64,000 bases of DNA from a virus. The position numbers and the translations under genes are program-made. The stretch lies in IMG/VR virus record IMGVR_UViG_3300028558_000024, positions 1-64,000 of that record. One strand, given 5' to 3'. The notes beneath the pieces were generated by a model. The model made no database searches and had not been told where the DNA came from. It worked only from the letters and a program-made list of their open reading frames with translations. This document shows positions 21,287 through 29,949 of this stretch, in pieces. The first letter of the stretch is position 1; each line of letters opens with the position of its first letter.

Positions 21287-21823
21287 TTACCTTCCTTTTT
21301 GAGATTCGAAGAAACCGTCAAAGGCCTCTTTCATATACCGATAAACCAAAACCTCAAGATCGTCGACTGGATAGCCGGATTTCGACATGTCATCCAATTG
21401 CTTAAGCTTAGATTTGAGGAAAGAACCAAACTGCGGCATTTTGTCGTCGAGCTCTAATTGGACGATCTTGACTTGCTTTGGAGACTTATTTACCTTAATA
21501 AACCGCTTTTGTATTCCGATCCGATGTTGATGCTCGTGGCGAAATTTTGCGGACAAGGTGGCCTTTTGTAGCGAATCAACATGAAAGCGATATGAGACAC
21601 CCAAGCGGTCACGAATCTTTTCCTCGACAAGCGATGCAACAATCTTTCCAAAAAGCTGCATAGAAGGAATTTCAATTTCTTGCACGAGGCACCATTTTTC
21701 AAATCCTTTGAACAATTCGCCCGCACGCATCGTAATTGCAAGCCTACATTCCCGATTCGCCCGCCCATACTCGATTATGTAGATGTAGATCGCGCAAGTG
21801 CTGCAATCCGTTGTATTTTCCAT
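21287..21823 (-). CDS. stand-alone primase-C-terminal-like winged-helix protein
   Basis: Likely start MENTT at 21823 with SD GGAG. ELFKGFEKWC...SMQLFGKIV parallels primase DFFEDWSIYC...QLMPFGKNL. Confidence 0.55.
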   Translation of the reverse strand: MENTTDCSTCAIYIYIIEYGRANRECRLAITMRAGELFKGFEKWCLVQEIEIPSMQLFGKIVASLVEEKIRDRLGVSYRFHVDSLQKATLSAKFRHEHQHRIGIQKRFIKVNKSPKQVKIVQLELDDKMPQFGSFLKSKLKQLDDMSKSGYPVDDLEVLVYRYMKEAFDGFFESQKGR

Positions 21824-22012
21824 TAATCCCAAACTCCGCAATGCCGTTGCTCTATGTAGGCTGTGACCATAACAAGATCGGTCATGTGCCTTCAACATAC
21901 ATCAAGAACACGAAATGCAATCACTAAATAGACTCTCATTCTTCGCTGAATTTCAAAGGACAAAAAAGCATCAAATCGCTGAAATGCCCAAAGTTCGTTC
22001 GGCGACCAAGTC

Positions 22013-22292
22013 TGCCTCCATATGCCTCCATACCATTTGCTTAGTTAAAACACTGAACTGCGCCGACTCTTACTAAAATATGGAGGCATGGAGGCAGCTT
22101 TCTTTATCTCTGAAATACAAGTGTCTTGTATAAGTGTCTAGCCGTACTACTCTCTTTGTCTTCTTTTTCTTTTATTGTATAAATCAAGAAAATGCCTCCA
22201 TTGCCTCCATTAAGTCTGAAAAAGCAACAAACACCATAGATTCGGGATGGAGGCAAAAATCAAATGCCTCCATTTTGCCTCCATTGCCTCCA
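22013..22292. repeat. iteron cluster, putative replication origin (10 x TGCCTCCA)
   Basis: Forward copies at 22013, 22023, 22193, 22202, 22265, 22276, 22285; reverse copies at 22081, 22089, 22248; AT-rich core at about 22100-22192; non-coding. Confidence 0.8.
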
Positions 22293-22420
22293 CAAGAATT
22301 AAATGACTCGCAAGTCAGTTATGTAACCCTGTTGCATATACGTTTTTAATGAGTCTAAATCGCAATAAAAACAGGCGAGTCATCCCCGCCCGTGGTGATT
22401 GGTAGTCGATTGGATATGCT

Positions 22421-23005
22421 TTAGGCGTTCCGCTTCGAAATCGCCAAGACCGTGTTGGGGCTGATGTGCAATTCAGCGGCGATCCAGCGGTAGCTGCGAC
22501 CTTCCGAAATCAATTCCATCACGCGTTTGTCGTTGGTTGTCGTGGTTCCGCTTGGACGGCCGAGGGTTTTGCCTTTGCGCTTCGCTTCTTCGAGTCCCGA
22601 CATTACGCGTTCGCGAATCAAATCCTTTTCAAATTCGGCGAAGGCACCCATAACCGTTGCAATCATCTTGCCTTGTGCGGTCGACAGATCGAACGTCATG
22701 CCAGTTTGGGCAATCAAACTCACGCCAACCGATTGCAATGCGCTGAGCGTTTCAATTAGGTCGATTGTTGAGCGTCCCCAACGGGACATCTCTGTGACGA
22801 GGACAACATCAATCTTTCTAGCTTGTGCAAGGTCCAATACTTTCTTGCGTTCTGCGCGGTCCCGCTTGCCGCCAGATGCCTTTTCAGTGTAGATGCCTAT
22901 TACTTCATAGCCTGCCTTGGCTGCATATTGCTGTAGGTCTGCTATTTGGCGTGCGCAGTCCTGGTCTTTGGTTGAGACTCTGGCATAGATTGCTGCTTGT
23001 ACCAA
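22421..23005 (-). CDS. small serine recombinase (resolvase/invertase family) with C-terminal HTH
   Basis: YARVS catalytic motif, EKASG, SRWGRS, AEFEKDLIRERV, GRP, C-terminal HTH. Confidence 0.93.
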   Translation of the reverse strand: MVQAAIYARVSTKDQDCARQIADLQQYAAKAGYEVIGIYTEKASGGKRDRAERKKVLDLAQARKIDVVLVTEMSRWGRSTIDLIETLSALQSVGVSLIAQTGMTFDLSTAQGKMIATVMGAFAEFEKDLIRERVMSGLEEAKRKGKTLGRPSGTTTTNDKRVMELISEGRSYRWIAAELHISPNTVLAISKRNA

Positions 23006-23059
23006 TTAATCCCCCTCGACCTGTATGGCTGGTCATGCCCGTCCGTTGGTATGGATATA

Positions 23060-23093
23060 GTGTAACTCCAAAACAGATGTTTTATAGTTACAC
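23060..23093. promoter_or_regulatory. 34-bp imperfect palindrome, putative res/operator site of the resolvase
   Basis: GTGTAACT-CC-AAAACA-GA-TGTTTT-AT-AGTTACAC, 55 bp upstream of the recombinase start. Confidence 0.6.
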
Positions 23094-23099
23094 CTCATG

Positions 23100-23118
23100 C
23101 AATTAACCTTTGCATCAA
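23100..23118 (+). promoter_or_regulatory. 19-bp promoter element, copy 1 (CAATTAACCTTTGCATCAA)
   Basis: Identical to 29950-29968; contains a TTGCAT -35-like hexamer, N17, AACAAT, then ATG 23145. Confidence 0.6.
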
Positions 23119-23144
23119 CTGCGCATCGCACCAACAATCAATAC

Positions 23145-23363
23145 ATGGACACAGAGCAACCCCTCAATCCATCAATAGATAGAACGACCGCAGCACCGAA
23201 CAAGGACTGCGCCTGGTGTGCTGGTATGGGCGGATATAGGGCACAGCCCTGCATCTGCCAATGCCTCAATCCATGCTGCAATCCATTAAGTGATAGCGAT
23301 GTGGACAGAGCAACAGCCCGAGAAGCCGCACTAGACGTGCTCTTCGGCGATAAGAAAGTTTAG
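23145..23363 (+). CDS. small Cys-rich protein
   Basis: CAWCAGMGG...CICQC; ATG positioned as a leaderless start. Confidence 0.5.
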   Translation: MDTEQPLNPSIDRTTAAPNKDCAWCAGMGGYRAQPCICQCLNPCCNPLSDSDVDRATAREAALDVLFGDKKV

Positions 23364-23435
23364 GGGGCACCCCCTAAATGGAGGGACGAACCTCCGAGCG
23401 GCGTTACCCCCTCCCTCAAATTTTCCAATTTTTTT
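23359..23435. other. candidate packaging/terminus (pac-like) signal
   Basis: TTTAGGGGG-CA-CCCCCTAAA inverted repeat, GGAGG/CCTCC, a C-run then AAATTTT/T-run, at a strand-composition switch. Confidence 0.35.
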
Positions 23436-23447
23436 GGAGTATATACA

Positions 23448-24684
23448 TTGCATATACGTATTAACACTTTCCTGATCGCCTCAGTTTTCCTGCTTTCCTC
23501 GCTGTTTGTTGCCCCTCTACCGTCCGAAGCGAAAGGTCTTGGACGTAAATTACTCGGCGCCCCTTTTTGGGCTGTTGGTTTTGTCGCGACTCTTGTTGCT
23601 GATGTGACGTTGGTTCCTTTGAAGGACGGCGCGTTGCATTACGTTCGCAAGCCTGCGGTTCGGGGGTGGTAGTGATGGACGCCATTCTCAACGCCCTTCG
23701 CAATTCCGAATCACCTGCTGTTTTAGAGAAGATGGTTCTTTTCTTCTTTTACGACCAGGTGCTTGTAATGGATCGTCCTGCTGATAAGGCGATGGAAATT
23801 GCAAAGAAAGAGACTGAGATATTTATGCAATCGCTTGAATTGCTCGATGCTGAGCCGCTGCCGGTTCCAACTGAGCATCATTGCGGTTTAGATCCTTGTC
23901 CAACTGCGGGGTGTTCTGAGTAATGGCTAACGAAATCTGTTTTACCGTTCCTGGCTGGCTTGTGATTTTGATTGCAACCGGATGCGCTTTGACTGTTCAG
24001 GCGTTGGTTATGACTTTACTTGTCCATTTTAGTGTCATCGACTGCATTATGGTGACTGGCAAGAAGCCGCGGGGCTGGGTTAAGACTTGGCTTTCGCACA
24101 AAGCGAGAGGTGGCAGCGAATGATTCCCTCTTCCCGCACCCTTTTCGCCATAATCAATTTCCTCGAAGGTCAGTTGGACTTTTGGAACGGTTGTTATGCT
24201 TTGGTTTCAATGCTTCTCGGCGCCGTAATTTTCGCCCCAATTTTCCTCCCGATCATTGTTTTGCATTGGCTTTGCTGCCGTCTTTTGGTTGAAGTTGAGA
24301 GGCGTTGCTGTGACTGATTCTTCTCAATATGGCTTTGCATGTTTTGACATGCGCACTGAATTGCAGAAACGCAAAGAATGGGCGGTGATGTTTTTGTCTG
24401 GCGAGAAAGAGTTTTGTAAGGAGAATTTGTCGGTCGGCGACATGAAACTCTACGAGGAACAAGCCCGGAACGTTTTGAAATTCACAGTCGCGGAAGAGAC
24501 TTTGCGGACTATGTTGGATCGAGGCGTTGAACTTTCTTCGAATTTGGCCACTGTTTCAATTGCCATCGCCGATCAAATGGTTTCAATCTTTCCCGTGACA
24601 TCTCCGAAACCTTCGCCGAATATGGTCACAGTTGTTATGAATCCGCCTCAGCCTCCGACGCCACAAGTGGAGAAAACGCCATGA
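23448..24684 (+). CDS. cluster of small, mostly membrane/exported proteins (23448-23672, 23666-23923, 23923-24123, 24120-24317, 24310-24684)
   Basis: Coupled ORFs; hydrophobic or signal-like segments in three of the five. Confidence 0.55.
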
Positions 24685-25016
24685 CATTTGATTCTTGTTT
24701 GAATATCCGGCCAGTTCCTGGCGAAACTTACTCGATGGTTTACGGGTTGTTGCCTTGCCCGTTTTGCGGCGATAACAATCAACTCCTAAAAACTCAAAAC
24801 GACGGGAAGAACTGTTACTACTATTTGTCGTGCCGTTTGCATTCATGTTTATTGGGTCGAACTCGCGCGCACCGTTCAAAGGACAAGCTTTTTCGAACTT
24901 GGAATAACAGAATTTCCAAGGCTACTCCAGCGGTTCAAACATACAAACCGGAACCGGCTTTTTCACCATTGCAATCGTTTGCTTTGTGGTTCCGTGAATT
25001 TTTCTTAGGTAAATAA
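24681..25016 (+). CDS. Lar-like (restriction alleviation) Zn-ribbon protein
   Basis: LLPCPFCG...C..C...WNNR signature. Confidence 0.7.
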   Translation: MTFDSCLNIRPVPGETYSMVYGLLPCPFCGDNNQLLKTQNDGKNCYYYLSCRLHSCLLGRTRAHRSKDKLFRTWNNRISKATPAVQTYKPEPAFSPLQSFALWFREFFLGK

Positions 25017-25354
25017 TGCTGCGCAATTATACTTTCAGGCGTTTTTCTTTAATAACCATTGCCGTAATTATACTTAGCTTTAATTACCGTTCCGGGGCAA
25101 ATGCCGACGATTCTCCCAAACCCTGCTGCCCATCAATTCACGAAGAGTTCTCGATTTTTCGCGCTGAAACAACTGATCGGGTGGATGATTTGGAGCGGAA
25201 AAACCGGTTATTGACCGATCAGGTCGATACTTTGTGCTTGGATTTTGAACGACTCAAATCAAAACTTAGCCCAAAGCCGAAGCGCTACCACATCAAAGCA
25301 ACCGATCATAATTGCGACAGAGTTGGTGGTAAGGCTGTGAAATCGACATATTAA
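25016..25354 (+). CDS. membrane-anchored/exported coiled-coil protein
   Basis: N-terminal hydrophobic segment followed by a heptad region. Confidence 0.5.
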   Translation: MLRNYTFRRFSLITIAVIILSFNYRSGANADDSPKPCCPSIHEEFSIFRAETTDRVDDLERKNRLLTDQVDTLCLDFERLKSKLSPKPKRYHIKATDHNCDRVGGKAVKSTY

Positions 25355-25387
25355 CCCGATATGTCGAAGAATCCGGAGTAGATCGAC

Positions 25388-25501
25388 ATGTTATTACTCG
25401 TTGACGATTTCTGGTTCGGTGTTTTATGTGGCTCAGGCGGCTTGTCCTTGTTTTTGTTGATTTGTTTAGCGTTAGTTTTTGATTTTGGAGTTTTAGAATA
25501 A
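25388..25501 (+). CDS. 37-aa single-TM microprotein
   Basis: MLLLVDDFWFGVLCGSGGLSLFLLICLALVFDFGVLE; SD GGAG; below the ORF-track cutoff. Confidence 0.55.
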   Translation: MLLLVDDFWFGVLCGSGGLSLFLLICLALVFDFGVLE

Positions 25502-25503
25502 TT

Positions 25504-25617
25504 ATGCATATTCCCGAATTTTGGCAAGGTGTTCTATCCGTGATCGGCATTGAAGTTCTTTTAGTGGCAATCGGTTACGGCGTTTTGTGCTGGATGATGC
25601 AGGGGTTAGCTGGCTAG
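25504..25617 (+). CDS. 37-aa single-TM microprotein
   Basis: MHIPEFWQGVLSVIGIEVLLVAIGYGVLCWMMQGLAG; GGAG upstream. Confidence 0.55.
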   Translation: MHIPEFWQGVLSVIGIEVLLVAIGYGVLCWMMQGLAG

Positions 25618-25621
25618 TTTT

Positions 25622-25879
25622 ATGAACAAAGGCACCCTCAAAAAACTCAACGAGATTTTGGAGCTTGCGGCGGACAATATCTTTTCCTTGCTAGATTCTG
25701 CGCAGTCTCTCAAGATTGAAATTGCAATTCCAGACGAAGAGACTGATAGGACGTTTTATAACTGCTATGAATTTTTCTCAGAACCCAATGAAATCAAGGC
25801 GGAAACCAATGAAAAAGGTACTCACGCTGGCTCTGGTTGCTGCGGTTTCCATGAATGCATTTACAATGGCGCCGGCTGA
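25622..25879 (+). CDS. hypothetical protein
   Basis: 85-aa ORF within the operon. Confidence 0.45.
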   Translation: MNKGTLKKLNEILELAADNIFSLLDSAQSLKIEIAIPDEETDRTFYNCYEFFSEPNEIKAETNEKGTHAGSGCCGFHECIYNGAG

Positions 25880-26246
25880 AGCCTTTCCTTCCTTCAAAAA
25901 AGTCGCAAAAGGCATTTTTCGCGCAGTTGAATTGCCTTTGATGGTTGGACTTGGTGGCGTTCTCGGAATAACTGTCGGCGCAATTGCAGGCGGCGGCATG
26001 GGCATAACTGCTGGTGCAATGGCCTGGTATGACGTCGGCGAGCAGGATAAACAGCTTGAGGCTGCCAAAGAAAACGCTGCGAAGATGTTGGAAGATCTCA
26101 AAAATCATGTTCCAACCCCAGAAGAGCAAAAGCGCAGCGACGAAATGGATGCGCTTATGAAAGAAGGCGAGAGATTGTTGAAGGAATTCGACACTCTCAA
26201 CGCAAAACCCTCCGCTCTCCCCGATCCCGTAGAGGTAAAACCCTAA
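25809..26246 (+). CDS. exported protein with a glycine-zipper hydrophobic segment
   Basis: MKKVLTLALVAAV...AEA signal peptide; GLGGVLGITVGAIAGGGMG. Confidence 0.65.
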   Translation: MKKVLTLALVAAVSMNAFTMAPAEAFPSFKKVAKGIFRAVELPLMVGLGGVLGITVGAIAGGGMGITAGAMAWYDVGEQDKQLEAAKENAAKMLEDLKNHVPTPEEQKRSDEMDALMKEGERLLKEFDTLNAKPSALPDPVEVKP

Positions 26247-27313
26247 ATGACCGCATTTGATCAAGCTTTGTTTTTACTCTCGGCCCGCTGCAAAAAAATC
26301 GAAGAAGATTTGGGGGTTTGCGTCTCTCAAGTTGTCTTAGAATGCGACAAAAAAGATGGCGCAGGGACTGTGCGCAAACTTTACAGCAAATTCGATGGCA
26401 ATTTCGTTGATATGAGCCGTCACGAAGAATCCGTCGCCGAGACTCCAAACCCCGAACCTGGACCCGAAGTCGTTTTGCAAAACGATCAAATCTTCGCACC
26501 TCCGGCTTTGCCCGATGAAGCTCCTGTCGAAAGAGTCGAGGTTTTACCGCCTATTGTTGAAGAAATTCCAGTCGAAGCTTTGCCGGCAGACGATGAATCC
26601 CAATCCTCTCAGTCGAAGAAGAAAAAATGACCTATTCCCTCGAAATCTCATTAGCTGCACTTTCAAAACTGCAGTCTATTGTTGAATGTCAAAAAGCTGA
26701 TCAAGAGTTGTTGGCTCGAGTCTTGACGGATGCTGTCGAACATTTTGAACGGAATCGAAAAATTCCGGCGCGCAGGACTGATGTCAAACTCTTTACACCG
26801 CCTCCAGTCGCCGGATTTCATCGTGTGCCGGTTTTAGAACCAATTGCCGACAAACCTGAGCCAATTTCTTCTGCGCCCGCGCAAGTGCCAGATGATGTCA
26901 TTGTCGATGCCTGCAAAGCAATAACCGAAAAACTCGCCAAAGTTCATAAGCTTATGGATGAGCCCAAGAAGCCGGAAGAAGAAGAAGAAGAAGAAGCTTG
27001 CAAAATAAAGGATGCTGGTTTTAGAGAGTGGGAAATTAGCAAAACAGGAAAGGTTGTTGAAAAAGAAACTTCGATAAACCAAAAACCACGGAATGACGGC
27101 TTAATGACCGGAGGGATGCTCAAACCATGCGTCAAATGCGACAAAGTCAAACCAAGCAGATGGATGGAAAGGGAAGCGAAAAAGCCCTATGCCTATTCCG
27201 GCTGGTGTTTGAATTGTTCATTCCAGCGCGATCAAATCGACGAACCGAAGAATAAAGACGGCACCCCGCGAAAGCAAATGTGTCCAGCGCCCAAACAAGG
27301 CGTTGAATTTTAG
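26247..27313 (+). CDS. two hypothetical proteins (26247-26630; 26627-27313 with a C-terminal CxxC pair)
   Basis: Coupled ORFs. Confidence 0.55.
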
Positions 27314-27434
27314 AAAATGAGGCAATTTTCACCGTTTCCCGCTGAGAATCTTGTTTGTTGTACTTTCGTCGGCATTGTGCAAATATTTTAGAGACAGTCA
27401 GCGATAAGTCCTCCCTACCAAAACAGCCAACCTG

Positions 27435-27471
27435 AGCCGTTTTCATTACGAAGACGGCTTTTGTTGTTTTT
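27435..27471 (+). terminator. intrinsic terminator
   Basis: AGCCGTTTTC-ATTAC-GAAGACGGCT stem followed by a T-rich tract. Confidence 0.7.
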
Positions 27472-27542
27472 CAAATTCCCCGCACGATTTCGAAATTTCA
27501 CGTATCGTATTATTTGGTTACGGAATCTTTGGAGGGTCTTAA

Positions 27543-28256
27543 ATGCTTCGAAACTGCACGTCTTGCGGTCTTAGCCGAGATCCCCTGATTTGGTTCTCCG
27601 AAGAAAACCCTGATAATTGCCGAGAATGTCTTTTTAAAACCGATCGCTTTAGTGCAACGACAATCGCCTTTGTCGGCGCCATGATTGTTGCGGCTTCCAC
27701 TTCGCGCCGGACGACTGAATATGACCCAACCTGGTTAAGTCGAACAGCCGTCCAAGTCAAAAAGGCTATTCGGAAAGTTGCCGAGACTGTTTCTCCAATT
27801 GTCGCGGCTGAAAGTCGCCCCAAGGATGAACCGCCTGTTGGTGAGCAGAAATGGCTCTTAAGAAAACCCGAGAAGTGCGCCAATTGCAATCAAGGGAATA
27901 TGCTGTTTTCTGAGCACTCGACCGATCTAAATCTTGAATGCTGGAGTAATCTTTGCAAAGTATGTCTTTTGATCATGAACCGATATTTAGACAACTTGGC
28001 AAAACAGGCAGCCATGAAGGTTGACGATAAAAAGCGCGTCGAGGCGATTACTTTTAAAGCTATTGAAAAAACCCGCGTGGAAACCTATCAGATCCGCTGC
28101 ATGTCTTGTAAAATCCCCCGCGATCCAACAAAAGTCGCTGTGGTCGGCGCGGTTTGCGAATTTTGCATAGACGAAACTCGGGCTTATGATTTTTGGGAAG
28201 TTCACGAAGCGCATATGAAGCACCAAAAGCACAACCCGACAATGAGGATGATGTGA
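27543..28256 (+). CDS. multi-Zn-ribbon protein (three CxxC...CxxC pairs)
   Basis: CTSC/CREC, CANC/CKVC, CMSC/CEFC; SD GGAGGG. Confidence 0.65.
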   Translation: MLRNCTSCGLSRDPLIWFSEENPDNCRECLFKTDRFSATTIAFVGAMIVAASTSRRTTEYDPTWLSRTAVQVKKAIRKVAETVSPIVAAESRPKDEPPVGEQKWLLRKPEKCANCNQGNMLFSEHSTDLNLECWSNLCKVCLLIMNRYLDNLAKQAAMKVDDKKRVEAITFKAIEKTRVETYQIRCMSCKIPRDPTKVAVVGAVCEFCIDETRAYDFWEVHEAHMKHQKHNPTMRMM

Positions 28257-28516
28257 TGGTTGAAATGAGAATTTTCCACTGCCGCGATCATGCCTTTGGC
28301 GGACAAGTTTCGGAATTTGCCAATCATATTGAACAGCGCCCGCTTGCAATTAACGAATTTGGCGAATGCGGCACGAGATTTATTAATGGTGACATCGGCC
28401 GACTTTTAGATCACGATTGTCGCAAACCCGCTGTCGAAGAAATTTTGTTGAAGAAGGTCAGGATAGACGGGGATATGTACTCAGTAGATCCTGAAGACTA
28501 CATGTTGGAGAGGTAG
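28256..28516 (+). CDS. hypothetical protein
   Basis: TGATG coupling; MVEMRIFHCRD... Confidence 0.45.
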   Translation: MVEMRIFHCRDHAFGGQVSEFANHIEQRPLAINEFGECGTRFINGDIGRLLDHDCRKPAVEEILLKKVRIDGDMYSVDPEDYMLER

Positions 28517-28519
28517 ATT

Positions 28520-29791
28520 TTGAAGAAAGAAGTATTGGGCGAACATCTAGCAATCAAGCCACGTTTAGTGAGTGAGCTTATTCCCTATGCCAGAAACGCG
28601 AAAAATCACCCCGAGGAACAAATTTCCAAAATTGCTGCCAGTATAAAAGAATTTGGCTTCAATAATCCCGTTGCTGTCGATGGTGATAACGGCATAATCG
28701 CCGGCCATGGCCGTGTTATGGCAGCGCAGAAACTTGGACTTAAAACTGTTCCGACCGTTGAACTGTCGCACTTATCCGAGACGCAAAAACGCGCATATAT
28801 CATCGCTGATAATAAGACCGCAGAATCAGACTGGCTGGGCGAAATGCTCTCTCTGGAAATGAAAGAACTCGCTCTTGAAGACGATTTTGACATGTCTCTT
28901 TTAGGATTCGACAAAGACGAATTAGGCGAATTCCTCAACTACAAAACCTCTGAATTGCCGGCAGGTGGATTGACTGATGAAGACGAAGAGCCGCCACCGC
29001 CTGAAGATCCAGTTACAAAACTGGGGGATGTTTGGATTCTCGGAAATCACCGTCTAATGTGTGGTGATTCAACGCAAATCGATCAGGTTGAAGTTTTGCT
29101 CGACGGCGAAAAGGCTGACATCACCTTTACAGATCCGCCCTATGGCGTTGCATATACCGGAGGCGCCAAGAAGCGAGAAGCATTAGCCAACGATGAGCGG
29201 GGCACCGTTATTTATGACGAAGTGCTCCCAGTGATAGCTTTGGTAACGAAGAAGGGCGCACCACTTTACCTTTGGTATGCTGATGTGGTATTAGCAGCCG
29301 CAGCCGCAGCCGCAGCCGCAGCCGGTTACGAAATTAAGGCTCAAATTGCTTGGGTAAAAAATAATGCTCAATTCGTCACGTCGGCGCATTACAAGGGCAA
29401 GCACGAGCTTTGTATGTATGCTCACCAGAAAGGCGAGCGGGCTCCTTGGTATGGTCCGAACAATGAAGTCACCGTTTGGAATGTTGATCGCGCAAACAAG
29501 AACGAATATCACCCGACGCAAAAGCCTGTTGCCCTTTCAGAAAAGGCATTAACCAATTCTTCGAAGACTGGCGATATTGTCTTAGATCTTTTTGGCGGAT
29601 CTGGCTCAACAATGATCGGAGCTGAAAAGATTGGCCGTCATGCTCGCCTTATGGAATTGCAGCCAACCTATTGCGACGTCATCGTCAAACGATGGCAAGA
29701 ATTCACCGGCAAACAAGCCACCCTCGAACTTGATGGATTGACGTTTAATCAGTACTCGAAAGAGAGAAAGTCTTTGTCTAAAAAGGCTTAA
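28520..29791 (+). CDS. ParB-N-domain-fused N6A/N4C DNA methyltransferase (beta class)
   Basis: LIPYARNAKNH...IIAGHGR (ParB-N); HRLMCGDST, TDPPY, HPTQKPV, DLFGGSGST. Confidence 0.92.
   Translation: MKKEVLGEHLAIKPRLVSELIPYARNAKNHPEEQISKIAASIKEFGFNNPVAVDGDNGIIAGHGRVMAAQKLGLKTVPTVELSHLSETQKRAYIIADNKTAESDWLGEMLSLEMKELALEDDFDMSLLGFDKDELGEFLNYKTSELPAGGLTDEDEEPPPPEDPVTKLGDVWILGNHRLMCGDSTQIDQVEVLLDGEKADITFTDPPYGVAYTGGAKKREALANDERGTVIYDEVLPVIALVTKKGAPLYLWYADVVLAAAAAAAAAAGYEIKAQIAWVKNNAQFVTSAHYKGKHELCMYAHQKGERAPWYGPNNEVTVWNVDRANKNEYHPTQKPVALSEKALTNSSKTGDIVLDLFGGSGSTMIGAEKIGRHARLMELQPTYCDVIVKRWQEFTGKQATLELDGLTFNQYSKERKSLSKKA
29294..29323 (+). repeat. (GCAGCC)5 in-frame simple repeat encoding Ala10
   Basis: Five perfect hexamers inside the methyltransferase gene. 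Confidence 0.9.
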
Positions 29792-29804
29792 CCCTTAATA
29801 ATCT

Positions 29805-29937
29805 AGTTGCGGAGCCATGTTTGGACTTAGCGCCAGTCCGAGCGCAACTCCGCGCCAACTTCTAAATATCTGCCGAACTTAACGCAGATCCCTTGGCTCT
29901 AATTCGTCGGTGAGATCGCCGGATTGGGGATTCAAGG
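29805..29937 (+). ncRNA. candidate structured RNA (three stem-loops)
   Basis: Non-coding; three adjacent hairpins with several U-G pairs on the + strand. Confidence 0.4.
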
Positions 29938-29949
29938 CGTTTGCTTTGT

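Noticed and set aside
22134-22349. 71-aa ORF across the iterons
   Set aside because: Low-complexity translation of the repeat cluster, with no SD.
22421-23005. Gin/Cin-type tail-fibre invertase or Tn3 transposon
   Set aside because: It is more than 30 kb from the fibre genes, with no inverted fibre cassette, transposase or terminal inverted repeats seen.
22332-23459. 12-bp direct repeat TTGCATATACGT flanking the resolvase region (22332, 23448)
   Set aside because: Exact 12-mer matches are expected by chance in 64 kb, and there is no other sign of an insertion boundary.
26975-26995. (GAA)7 tract
   Set aside because: Ordinary poly-Glu in a disordered linker.
28520-28950. ParB partition system
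   Set aside because: The ParB-N domain is fused to a methyltransferase, a common arrangement near terminase genes, and no ParA or parS is seen.
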